A DNA stretch of 64,000 nucleotides from Desulfuromonas sp. (lineage in GTDB: Bacteria; Desulfobacterota; Desulfuromonadia; Desulfuromonadales; UBA2294). The stretch spans positions 125,896 to 189,895 of the forward strand of contig PKUH01000110.1 in NCBI GenBank assembly GCA_002869615.1, read 5' to 3'. Position 1 is the stretch's first letter. Each line of letters begins with the position of its first letter. Shown here one piece after another: positions 1 to 9,449 of this stretch. The position numbers and the translations under genes are program-made. The notes beneath the pieces are model-generated. The model saw only the letters and a list, made by a program, of their open reading frames with translations. It was not told the DNA's origin and did not search any database.

Positions 1-3000
1 AGTCTTCGGCGTCGACCTCCGGCGCCGGCTGATAATCCTCAAGCAGGGGAAGGTAAACATGAAAAGTGGTCCCCTCTCCAGGGACGCTGTCAACGGTTAT
101 ATGGCCGCCATGCTGCGAAACGATACCATGGGCAACGGCCAGTCCCATACCGGTCCCGCTACCGACTTCCTTGGTGGTAAAGAATGGATCGAATATACGA
201 TCCAGATACTCCGGCTCAACGCCGTGGCCAGTGTCGCTTACCGAGATTACTGCGTAACAACCGGGTTGTGCTTCGGTGTCGGAAGGCAGTTCGTTGCTGG
301 CAAGGTCAACTTTCAACAGATTGATTTTCAGCAGCCCCTGCTCATTCATTGCATCGACAGCGTTGGCACAAAGGTTAATGAGAACCTGCTGCACCTGGGT
401 CGAATCAGCGTTGACAAATACGGTGCCCCTTTCAACCCGGGTCTGAATCTCAACGCTAACAGGAATGGTCGGTCGCAACAATTTCAGTGAATCGGAAATG
501 GTCAGGGAGAGATCAACCGCAGAGAGGGCCTGATCGTTATGACGGCTGAAGGTAAGAATTTGTTCGACGAGACTTTTTGCACGACTGGCGGCCTCTTTGA
601 TATGGCCAATGTTCTCGGCAGAATCGGTCGCGGTTTTCTGCTTATGTTGAACGATATCGATATTACTGCTAATAATCGCCAGCAGGTTATTGAAATCGTG
701 TGCAATGCCGCCACTCAGGGTGCCGATAGCCTCCATCTTCTGGGCTTGACGCTGCGCCTCTTCCTGCCGCAACCTGTCAGAAACATCGCGCATGAGGCCA
801 AAAAAGCCCATGACGTTACCGCCCGGGGTAAACACCTTGGTGCCAATGGTTTCACCGGGAAACAGGGAGCCGTCTTTTCTACGATAAGTAACGATATAGG
901 GTTCGGCAGCCTCTTCGGGGGACAAATTAAAGCGCAGACGGCCTTGCCGGAGGAATTCCTCTCCGCTCTCATAGAATACCGAAGTTGGTTTTCCAGCTAT
1001 TTCGTCCAGCGTGTAACCGAAAGTCTCGGTGAAAGCCTTGTTGATAGCAATAATACTTCTCTGCTGGTCGACAAGAACAGTGGCATCCGGAATCGAATCA
1101 AACAACGACTCAAGGGTTGCCTTATGTTCCTGCATCTCCCTCGCGGCCAGTCTCTGTTCGGTAACATCTTTCGCGATGCCGGAAAACCCGGAAACAGAGC
1201 CATCCGAACTTCTCTCGATGCTGATCGTCCATGATACATCATGAGTTCTCTGCCCATCGATACTGACCAGACGATTTTCATGTTTAAAAGTACTGTCATC
1301 ACTTTGCAACCAAGTACCAAAAGCGCTAGTAGTGCCGGAACGATCCTCGGGATGAATAAAATCAAAGGCCAACTTTCCAATGCACTCTTCAGGTTGCATC
1401 CCGTAGAACTTGGGTGCGGCATGATTAATAAAAACGATGTACCCCTCGGGGTTGACGCTAGAAATAAGGTCAGGGGTCCCCTCGACCAGATTCCGGTATT
1501 GTTCTTCACTCGACCTCAGCTTTTCCTGGGCCTGCAAGCGGTCAGAAATATCGACAAAACTGGTGACGGCACCGGTCACTTCGCCATTTTGTATCGTTGG
1601 GTAGCTCCAGAGTTCGACCGATAATGGTGTGCCATCAGCCTTCCAGAGGACTTCAGTTTTAAGATAGACTTTTTGCCCGGTTCTGAAAGCATCGTAAATC
1701 TGGCAATTTTCGACGGGATGCGGTACTCCATCTTTCGTTTTGTAATGAATTAACTCATGCATATTGCGCCCGAGAAGGTCGTTTTCAGATTCAAACCCGA
1801 GGAGTTCGACGCAGCTCTGATTGCAAAAGGTACAATTCCCTTGCGGGTCGAGACCGTAAATACCCTCTGCCGCAGAATCAAGTACCAATCGGACCTTTTC
1901 TTCGCTTTCTATTAATCTATTTTCTGTTTTTTTCAGTTCAGTTATATCCGTTGCAACTGCATAAACATTTCCATCCTGATCTGCCTTGGTCCCCCTCCAT
2001 GACAACCATTTATAGGACCCGTCTTTACACTCAAATCGATTTTGAAATTTCGAGACCGGCTCCCCTTTTAATTGTTTCAATGTTTCATCGACCGTACCTT
2101 GTCTGTCATCAGGATGGATAAATTCAAGAAACGGTTTAGACAAAAATTCTTTTTCTGAATAACCTAATATATTTCTTACTGCCGGGTTACATTTTGTGAA
2201 ATAGCCTGTGTTTGTATTTGCTGCGCAGATGATGCCTGGCGATAACTCGAGCGTTTTTTGTAAATCGAATTGGAATTCGGAAAGTTTTTCTTCGACCAGT
2301 TTGCGCTCAGTGATGTCTTGAATTGTCCCCCTTAAAAAGTATTTTCCCGATCCGGTTTTTTGTTCCGGTTCGCAAAGGGCATGTACCCATTTCACGCGAT
2401 CCGGGGCGAACACAAGTTTCAATTCAACATCATACGGCTTCCCCTGGTCTATCGCTCTCTTAATGACAGATGTGAATTTATCTAAGTATTCGCCCTTGTA
2501 AACATTTTTGTAATCTGACAAAGAATAAGGCCCATCTTCCGGGGCTCGATCATAGATCCGATAAACTTCCTCTGACCACTCAGGCACACCAATATCAGGA
2601 TCAAGTGTCCAGTTCCCGATATTTGCAATACGTTGAGCAAGGTTTAAATTCTTGTTACTCCTCCGTAGTAATTCATCCTGTTGTGCTTTTTCGGTGATAT
2701 CTTGGAAAAAGCCATAAATCCTCCGATTCGGCAGGTCGGACATGCCAACAACACGAACATACCGAAGGTTTCCTTTTGCAGTAATCAATTCCAGTTCAAG
2801 GTCAAAAGACTCACCATTCTCGATAGCTCTTTGTACCGCCTCTGAAATAACTGGTTTTGATGCCTCAGAATAGAAATTAATCCCTTCTTCAAGGTTCGGA
2901 TCATAGTTTATATTGACTTCATGGATACGGCAGACTTCTTCAGTCCATCGTTGCCTTCCGGTATCAATATCGACTTCCCAGCCACCAACCTTACCAATTT

Positions 3001-3442
3001 TGCTCGTCTCCTTGAGTAACTTCTGACTTTTCCTAAAAGCTTTTTCTGCCTCTTTATGAGCGGTAATGTCGGTTAGCATCCCGACAAACATAGTCGCTTT
3101 ACCGTCTTTTCCCAGTATGGGATTGACCTCGCCAAGCGTCCATACGACTTTCCCGTCCGAGTGAACCCAACGATACTCCGAGCGGAATTCCTTGCTATTC
3201 TCGAACGCTTTTTGCCATTCGGAAACCATTCGGTCTCGATCGTCGGGATGGAGGAAGGGGATCCAGTCAAAATCGAGTGCTTCTTCAGATGTCACTCCAA
3301 CCAGTTCAGCACATTTTTTATTAACATAGGTCGTCTTGCCCTGCGCATCGTTGAGAAAGATTCCAACCGGTGCGGACTCTGTCAATGCATGGAAGTTATT
3401 TTCAATTTCTGAACGTAGCGGTTTTGAATAACTCTCATCCAT
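1..3442 (-). CDS. multi-PAS sensor histidine kinase; C-terminus runs off the window start
   Basis: Long minus-strand frame missing from the ORF track because it has no stop inside the window. ATG at 3442-3440 is preceded by GGAGG. My translation gives several PAS-like blocks, the H-box MEAIGTLSGGIAHDFNNLLA (about 700-760) and the G2 box GSGTGMGLAVAHGIVSQHGG (about 100-160). Confidence 0.85.
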   Translation of the reverse strand, partial: MDESYSKPLRSEIENNFHALTESAPVGIFLNDAQGKTTYVNKKCAELVGVTSEEALDFDWIPFLHPDDRDRMVSEWQKAFENSKEFRSEYRWVHSDGKVVWTLGEVNPILGKDGKATMFVGMLTDITAHKEAEKAFRKSQKLLKETSKIGKVGGWEVDIDTGRQRWTEEVCRIHEVNINYDPNLEEGINFYSEASKPVISEAVQRAIENGESFDLELELITAKGNLRYVRVVGMSDLPNRRIYGFFQDITEKAQQDELLRRSNKNLNLAQRIANIGNWTLDPDIGVPEWSEEVYRIYDRAPEDGPYSLSDYKNVYKGEYLDKFTSVIKRAIDQGKPYDVELKLVFAPDRVKWVHALCEPEQKTGSGKYFLRGTIQDITERKLVEEKLSEFQFDLQKTLELSPGIICAANTNTGYFTKCNPAVRNILGYSEKEFLSKPFLEFIHPDDRQGTVDETLKQLKGEPVSKFQNRFECKDGSYKWLSWRGTKADQDGNVYAVATDITELKKTENRLIESEEKVRLVLDSAAEGIYGLDPQGNCTFCNQSCVELLGFESENDLLGRNMHELIHYKTKDGVPHPVENCQIYDAFRTGQKVYLKTEVLWKADGTPLSVELWSYPTIQNGEVTGAVTSFVDISDRLQAQEKLRSSEEQYRNLVEGTPDLISSVNPEGYIVFINHAAPKFYGMQPEECIGKLAFDFIHPEDRSGTTSAFGTWLQSDDSTFKHENRLVSIDGQRTHDVSWTISIERSSDGSVSGFSGIAKDVTEQRLAAREMQEHKATLESLFDSIPDATVLVDQQRSIIAINKAFTETFGYTLDEIAGKPTSVFYESGEEFLRQGRLRFNLSPEEAAEPYIVTYRRKDGSLFPGETIGTKVFTPGGNVMGFFGLMRDVSDRLRQEEAQRQAQKMEAIGTLSGGIAHDFNNLLAIISSNIDIVQHKQKTATDSAENIGHIKEAASRAKSLVEQILTFSRHNDQALSAVDLSLTISDSLKLLRPTIPVSVEIQTRVERGTVFVNADSTQVQQVLINLCANAVDAMNEQGLLKINLLKVDLASNELPSDTEAQPGCYAVISVSDTGHGVEPEYLDRIFDPFFTTKEVGSGTGMGLAVAHGIVSQHGGHITVDSVPGEGTTFHVYLPLLEDYQPAPEVDAED

Positions 3443-3718
3443 AAATAATCCTCCAGCGGACCGACCAAACCAGATAAGACAAGCTACGACCAAAGAAAAA
3501 GCTCATACGCACAGGCTAAATTTCCAACTCATGCAGAAGCTGCCTTTAATATGTTTTCTGAATTTTCAGTATAACAGATAAAAAGTAACCAAATTTCGAT
3601 CTGGCTCAAATTTTCGGCGAAATTTAACAACTGAAAAATGGCCACTGTGATCAATATTCAAACCACTGACATCCTGAAATGGCATAGGCTTCTGGCAATC
3701 GTGATTGTCGGGATGCTT

Positions 3719-5533
3719 TTATTCTTTTAGAACAGGGAACTCGATAACAACTTTAGTGTAATCACCAACTTCACTCTCAACAGAGATTGTGCCTCCATGC
3801 TTTTTTACTATATCGTAGGACATACTCAACCCAAGACCGGTCCCTATTCCGGCTGGTTTGGTCGTATAAAAAACATTGAATATCTTATTAATTTTTCCCG
3901 CAGGAATACCACATCCCTGATCCATAACTGACAGTTGCACTTTTTTTGCAGACCCTTCGCCCGTGCAACTTGCCTCTATGCGTATGACCTTACCCGGATC
4001 GTCCGTTGCATATTTTGCATTCAGGGCATGACGGGCATTGCTGATCAGGTTTATTAAAATCTGTTCCAGTTGCTGGACATTGCCCTGAACCTCAGGCAGG
4101 TCACTTTCAATGGAGACATCTACTGTTATCCCATCCTGTTCAAGTTGCCTTTCAAGCAGCTGCAATGGCGCACTAATGATCTCTTCAATCTGGAGCGGTT
4201 TAAACTCTTGTGCTTCCTGCCGGGAAAGGCTTAGCAGATTACTGACTATTTTAGCGACTCTGCCCCCTTCATACATAATACCGTTCAACATTTTGTCCGT
4301 GGATTCATCCTCCGGAAGTCGATTCTTCAGAATTTGTGCGTAGTTGATAACACCATTAATCGGGTTGTTGATTTCGTGGGCGACACCGGTCGCCAGCTCG
4401 CCAATCGATGCCATCTGGGCATCACGGATGCGCTGATCGAGCATTTTTTTCCGCTCGATCCAGTTTCGACAAAATGCTCTGGCCAAAAACCAGGCCCCGG
4501 AGAAATAGAGAAGGGCCAAAACCACGCCCAAAGTGATAAACACATTTTCCACATAAGAGACCGAAGCGGAAAGGAGATCTTCCGGAGTGTGCAGAACAGC
4601 ATACCAGCTATAACCGGAGTAAGGACCGGTCACGTTTCGGTGAGATGATTCGTCCCGGTTGCCGGCAGGGCTGATCGGAGCGATTTTGGAATAAACAAAA
4701 AGGCCCTGATCGTTTCTACTGAAATCGGCTCCTCCTTGTCCCATATCGTCCCATATATCGGGGAAATCCTTGTTAAACCGATCATCCCGGTCATACATGA
4801 ATCCCCATTCCTTAGCGGAATTCGGATGGGAGAGATAGAAGCCTTCCCGGTTCATCAGCATTAAATGCCCGGACAATGATCGTTGCGTATCACTCCTGAT
4901 CTGGTCAATTAAACGTTCAGCCAGGTAATTAAAAACAACGATACCGCGCTTCCTGTTTTTCTGGTCAAAAACCGGAATACCGAAACGGATCATCGGCTTG
5001 ATCGGCTCTTCTATCCGCCCATTTTCTACATTCAAATCGAGAGGTGACACGAATACGGAACCTGAATCGAGCCTGTAAGTATCGGTGAAGTAATAACGAT
5101 CCGACTTATCCTGAAGCTTTTGCCTGGGGATGGCCAGCGCCTTCCCGGCCAGGTAATTGACACGGATTTTCTCAAGACCGGAGTGATCAATGAAGCGGAT
5201 CTGATCAAAAACCTTTCGGCTCTCCATGAGTACGCTCCAGTCGTGCTCTATTTGTTTGATCTTCTCATCCGAAGGGGTTGTTAAATATACCTGAAAGGAA
5301 TGATTGCGACTCAACGCGATCAATTCTGCAATTACGGCGTCAAACTCTATGGAGACACTATTCTCAACTGAAAGTAAAGCCCCCGTACTCTGGCTCTTGA
5401 TATCGCTCAGATGTCTCTGGTATTGGGTTTGAAACAACAGAACAAAGATGATGATGGTAACGATTGAAGGGATGGCGAAGAGGGGATAAAAAATCTTCCG
5501 AAAATCATTTCGTGCACTATCGTCCATTTTCAT
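3719..5533 (-). CDS. sensor histidine kinase with large periplasmic (Cache-like) domain
   Basis: 604 aa. N-terminal TM, about 300 aa sensor region, second TM, H-box ELATGVAHEINNPING, HATPase motifs DQGCGIP and GTGLGLSMS. Confidence 0.9.
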   Translation of the reverse strand: MKMDDSARNDFRKIFYPLFAIPSIVTIIIFVLLFQTQYQRHLSDIKSQSTGALLSVENSVSIEFDAVIAELIALSRNHSFQVYLTTPSDEKIKQIEHDWSVLMESRKVFDQIRFIDHSGLEKIRVNYLAGKALAIPRQKLQDKSDRYYFTDTYRLDSGSVFVSPLDLNVENGRIEEPIKPMIRFGIPVFDQKNRKRGIVVFNYLAERLIDQIRSDTQRSLSGHLMLMNREGFYLSHPNSAKEWGFMYDRDDRFNKDFPDIWDDMGQGGADFSRNDQGLFVYSKIAPISPAGNRDESSHRNVTGPYSGYSWYAVLHTPEDLLSASVSYVENVFITLGVVLALLYFSGAWFLARAFCRNWIERKKMLDQRIRDAQMASIGELATGVAHEINNPINGVINYAQILKNRLPEDESTDKMLNGIMYEGGRVAKIVSNLLSLSRQEAQEFKPLQIEEIISAPLQLLERQLEQDGITVDVSIESDLPEVQGNVQQLEQILINLISNARHALNAKYATDDPGKVIRIEASCTGEGSAKKVQLSVMDQGCGIPAGKINKIFNVFYTTKPAGIGTGLGLSMSYDIVKKHGGTISVESEVGDYTKVVIEFPVLKE

Positions 5534-5689
5534 TGATATATCTATTCATCCTGCCCCCCGTGGCTAAAAAGTCGTCACCTGGCTCCATCTATAATGCGAC
5601 CAATATACTTGAAAAACAAGGAAAGGTCGAACAATCTGTCCGACCTTTCCTTATTCTGACAACCAAAAACTGCCAACTGACGACTTCCT

Positions 5690-6523
5690 TTATTTCTTCC
5701 TGGAAATTGTCTGTTCAATCATCGCCTTGAATCCGGGCAGGCTCCGTTGCTTGAGCAGCCGGCCGTTAACAAAGATCGACGGTGTCCCGCGGACACCATT
5801 TCTCTGCCCTTCGCGAAAATCACGCTGGACCAGGGCGGTGTACTCCCGAACTTTGTCCTTGAGATCCCGATCATAGCGGGTCATGTCGAGCCCGGCTGCT
5901 TCGGCAAGTTCCCTGATCTTCTCCGAACTCAGCTTGTTGTAGTTGGCGAATACCAGGTCATGGAACTCCCAGAACTTTCCCTGGTCGTTAGCAGCCAGGG
6001 AAGAGAGGGCTGCCGGACCGGCAAACTTGTGATTGCCGAGCGGAAAGTGCTTGAAAACCAGTTTGACATCTTTCGGGTATTGCTCGAGCACCTGCTCGAG
6101 TAGAGGCGTCAGCCTCGCACAGTACGGTCATTGGAAGTCGCTGTAAACAGCGACCACCACCTTTGCGTCATCCGGACCCTTGAAAGGCGATCCGGAGATA
6201 TCGATTTTTTTGATAAATTCGAGTGAGACCAGTTGAACCTCTTTGCCCTTATTGAGGATCAGCCGCTCACCGTCGGGTGAAACCGCTATCTTCTCGGCCG
6301 CGAAGTCGAGGTCGAGGCTCTCCTGTGGACGTCCCCAGGCATCGAGCACCTGGATCTTCCCATTTTCCTGTAGAACAAAGACCCGCTGTCCGTCGGCACT
6401 GGTCGTCATATCGATCGGGTCCGAATCGAGTTTGAGATTTCCGTTGACCTGCCATTCGACCTCGGCCGGAACGATTGCCGCCGGCAACAGGAACAGCAAG
6501 GTCAGCACACACATACGAAGCAT
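5690..6523 (-). CDS. DsbA/thioredoxin-fold thiol:disulfide oxidoreductase, predicted selenoprotein (UPYC redox motif)
   Basis: Track ORFs 6128-6580 and 5690-6091 are in the same frame and separated only by TGA (6130-6128). Reading through gives ...VVVAVYSDFQ-U-PYCARLTPLLEQVLEQYPKDVKLVFKHFPL..., with TGA at the first Cys of CxxC. Start chosen at the ATG at 6523 (MLRMCVLTLLFLLPAA signal peptide) with GGAGG upstream. Confidence 0.75.
6083..6116 (-). promoter_or_regulatory. candidate bacterial SECIS hairpins downstream of the in-frame UGA
   Basis: In the sense strand, GAGGC-UGAC-GCCUC (6116-6103) starts 11 nt after the UGA. CUCGAGC-AGGU-GCUCGAG (6100-6083) has a GGU-containing apical loop about 34 nt after the UGA. 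Confidence 0.5.
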
Positions 6524-6653
6524 CGTGAACCTCCTTTGCAAGGTAGAGTTAACTTTAATCATACCAGGCAGAAATAGCAACCCACGCGAGGATGATTCAT
6601 GCAGCCGAAGAGTTCCGTAATCGGCCCAAAATCAATGATAAAACTGCATCAGG

Positions 6654-7364
6654 TCAGGCATCACCGCCGGGCTGAAGATCGGTTGCATCACCTTCTTTAC
6701 CGTTTTTTTTAAGCAGACGGGCAACTATCAGGCCCAGGAAGAAAAAGAGTATGGCCAGGACCAGGGTCAAAATCCGGTGTTGATTCGTTGCCGATGCGAC
6801 ACCACCGAACAGGACAAAAGAGACCAGTGCCGGGATAATGCCGATGAACGTACCGATCGCAAAATCGAGCTGGCGCATCGCAGTCAGTCCGCAGGCAAAA
6901 TTCACCAGATCAAACGGAAGATATATCAGGCGCATGATCAGGACGGTGACCAGGCCATTCTGGCGCAGGCGCTGGTCCCAGCGTGCCGCCAGAGAACTCT
7001 CTGATTCCCGGGCCGCGACAAGATATCGCCCGAACCAGCGGGCCAGGAAAAATGCAAAATTGGCACTCGCATTCTCACCGATAATCGTAAAGATGACTCC
7101 AAGAAACGGCCCGAAAACAAGCCCCGACGCAATCGTCAAAAGCGCTGCCGGAAAGAGGATCAGAGGACGAATTGTATAAAAAACAACGTAAATCAGGGCC
7201 GCATGCAACAACCCGAACTGTTCAAGCCAGGATTCAAGACGGTACGGGATCTGCGTCAATGGAATCCCGGACTGCCACCAGAGAACAAGGCCGGAGCAGA
7301 AGATGGCAAGCCAGATGGTGGCGAGAAGTTTCTTGATGGCGGGATGGGCATCGAAAACTGACAA
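6654..7364 (-). CDS. TVP38/TMEM64 (DedA-related, VTT domain) membrane protein
   Basis: 236 aa polytopic membrane protein. Sequence pattern is typical of the SNARE-associated/TVP38 family. Confidence 0.7.
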   Translation of the reverse strand: MSVFDAHPAIKKLLATIWLAIFCSGLVLWWQSGIPLTQIPYRLESWLEQFGLLHAALIYVVFYTIRPLILFPAALLTIASGLVFGPFLGVIFTIIGENASANFAFFLARWFGRYLVAARESESSLAARWDQRLRQNGLVTVLIMRLIYLPFDLVNFACGLTAMRQLDFAIGTFIGIIPALVSFVLFGGVASATNQHRILTLVLAILFFFLGLIVARLLKKNGKEGDATDLQPGGDA

Positions 7365-7409
7365 AAGTCTTCCTTTTTCATACCGAAAAGCCCTGAAAAA
7401 AGGCCCGGC

Positions 7410-8294
7410 CTATTCGGCCGCTAACCTCGCTTTTCCGACACGGTACCTGGCAAACTGCGCGGCGGTGCGCCCGCAGCGCTTGCTTTTGTCGTGTGACCAG
7501 CGGACAGCCTCTTTCTCGAGTTGGCTGTCCCATTTCAATTCGATGCCATTTTCAAACGCCAGGTCCTGAATACACTGGCGGACGACCCGCAGGTAGTGCT
7601 CCTGGGAGAATGTCCGGAATGAGACCCAGAGCCCGAACCGGTCGGAGAGTGATATCTTTTCCTCAACCGCCTCGCCATGATGAATTTCATTGTTGACCAT
7701 CTTGGCGCCAAGGTTATCGATTTCATATTCGGGGAGCAGATGCCGACGGTTCGAGGTCGTGTAAATCAGAACATTCGCCGGCGCCGCGTAAACCGATCCA
7801 TCGAGTGCACTTTTGAGCATCTTGTAGGTAATTTCTCCCGGCTCGAAGGAGAGGTCATCGCAGAGCAGAACAAACCGGTAGGGGGCGTCCTTGATCTCGG
7901 CAAAAATCTCCGGCAGGTAGATCAAGTCGTTCTTGTCGACCTGGACAATGCGCAGACCTTCATCGACGTAGCGATTGAGCAGGGCCCGGACCAGCGATGA
8001 TTTCCCGGTGCCGCGACTGCCCCAGAGCAGGACGTTATTGGCCGGATAACCGGCGAGGAATTGCCGGGTGTTGTTCTCTATGATCTTTTTTTGCTGATCA
8101 ATCCCGAGCAGGTGATCGAGCTCGGTTTTCGACACTTCTTCAATCGGCTCCAGGTATCCGGAAAACGAGTGGCGGCGCCAGTTGGCGGCCGGACAGACCG
8201 CCCAGTCGATCGGTTCGACCGGCTTTGGCAGCAGCTGCTCAAACGCCGACAGAACCCGGTCAAGCTTGGCTATCATCTCCGGCGGCAGGGACAT
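7410..8294 (-). CDS. DUF815-type AAA ATPase
   Basis: Walker A GSRGTGKSS and Walker B FVLLCDDLSF. The start is set at the ATG at 8294, which overlaps the aroC stop (TGATG). The longer track ORF would overlap aroC. Confidence 0.75.
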   Translation of the reverse strand: MSLPPEMIAKLDRVLSAFEQLLPKPVEPIDWAVCPAANWRRHSFSGYLEPIEEVSKTELDHLLGIDQQKKIIENNTRQFLAGYPANNVLLWGSRGTGKSSLVRALLNRYVDEGLRIVQVDKNDLIYLPEIFAEIKDAPYRFVLLCDDLSFEPGEITYKMLKSALDGSVYAAPANVLIYTTSNRRHLLPEYEIDNLGAKMVNNEIHHGEAVEEKISLSDRFGLWVSFRTFSQEHYLRVVRQCIQDLAFENGIELKWDSQLEKEAVRWSHDKSKRCGRTAAQFARYRVGKARLAAE

Positions 8295-9376
8295 CAGCCC
8301 AACCTTGTCTTCTGGATCAACGCCAGATCGAGCAGAACCAGGGCAGCCATGCTTTCGATAATCGGCACTGCGCGCGGCAGAACACACGGGTCGTGTCGTC
8401 CCTCCGCTTCGAGAACGACCTCGTTGCCATTCATATCAACCGTCTTCTGGGCAATGCCGATCGTTGCCGTCGGCTTGAAGGCAACCCGAAACCCGATCGG
8501 CTCACCATTCGAAATACCCCCCTGGACGCCGCCGCTGTTGTTGGTCACCGTCCCGAGTCGGTCGCCTTTTTTGACGAAAGGATCATTATGCTGTGAACCA
8601 CGCAGCCGGGTACCGGCAAAGCCAGACCCGATCTCGAATCCTTTGGTCGCCGGAATGGAGAGCATCGCCTGGGCCAGCCGGGCTTCGAGCTTGTCAAAAA
8701 CCGGCTCACCGAGTCCGACCGGAACGTTTCGACAGACACAGGTAATGATTCCGCCGAGGGAGTCTTCAGCCGCCTTGGCGTCGACAATCACCTGCTCCAT
8801 TGCCCTGTCCGTTGCGGCGTCGGGACAGCGCGTGACATACGAATCAACCGTTTGCCGATCGATACCGATCAGGTCAATCTCTCCGGCTTCGACCGTGTTG
8901 ATGGCGCTGACAAAGGCAACGATTTCGACGCCAAACTTTTCCCTGAGGATCTTTTCGGCAATGGCTCCGGCCGCGACCCGGCCAATGGTCTCCCGGGCGC
9001 TCGACCGGCCGCCGCCACTCGATGCATGAATGCCATATTTAGAACGGTAGGTATAGTCGGCATGTGACGGTCGCGGAATATCGGACATGCTGCCGTAATC
9101 ACCGGGCCGTTGATCCTTGTTATCAACCTTGAGGCCAATCGGCGTTCCGAGGGTGCGCCCGTTTTCCGTCCCCGAAAGGATCTGCACCTGGTCCGCCTCG
9201 TTGCGCGGCGTCGTCAGGTGGCTCTGCCCGGGCCGTCGCCGGTCGAGCTGCGGCTGGATATCGGCTTCGGTTAATGAAATGCCCGGCAGGCAACCGTCAA
9301 CGACGGCACCAACCGCCCGGCAATGTGATTCGCCAAAAGTCGTCACCCGAAACAGGGTGCCAAATGTACTCGACAT
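8294..9376 (-). CDS. aroC: chorismate synthase
   Basis: 360 aa with full-length match by eye to AroC (FGESHC, RPGHADY-like [21 protein letters not shown]). Confidence 0.95.
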   Translation of the reverse strand: MSSTFGTLFRVTTFGESHCRAVGAVVDGCLPGISLTEADIQPQLDRRRPGQSHLTTPRNEADQVQILSGTENGRTLGTPIGLKVDNKDQRPGDYGSMSDIPRPSHADYTYRSKYGIHASSGGGRSSARETIGRVAAGAIAEKILREKFGVEIVAFVSAINTVEAGEIDLIGIDRQTVDSYVTRCPDAATDRAMEQVIVDAKAAEDSLGGIITCVCRNVPVGLGEPVFDKLEARLAQAMLSIPATKGFEIGSGFAGTRLRGSQHNDPFVKKGDRLGTVTNNSGGVQGGISNGEPIGFRVAFKPTATIGIAQKTVDMNGNEVVLEAEGRHDPCVLPRAVPIIESMAALVLLDLALIQKTRLG

Positions 9377-9449
9377 GATCTTCTCCCCAAATATGAATGC
9401 AAGCGCATTGATGATACGTCAATCGGCCTGATCTGTACAGTCCCGGTAC

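Noticed and set aside
8061-9029. Long + strand ORF (322 aa) opposite aroC. Similar long antisense ORFs include 539-1234 +, 13886-14518 +, 21186-21758 +, 24152-24844 +, 31398-32060 +, 32955-33872 +, 36546-37211 + and 50399-50965 +.
   Set aside because: They lie antisense to genes with unambiguous conserved motifs, are rich in Arg/Ser/Pro in the way GC-rich shadow frames are, and have no motifs or ribosome-binding sites.
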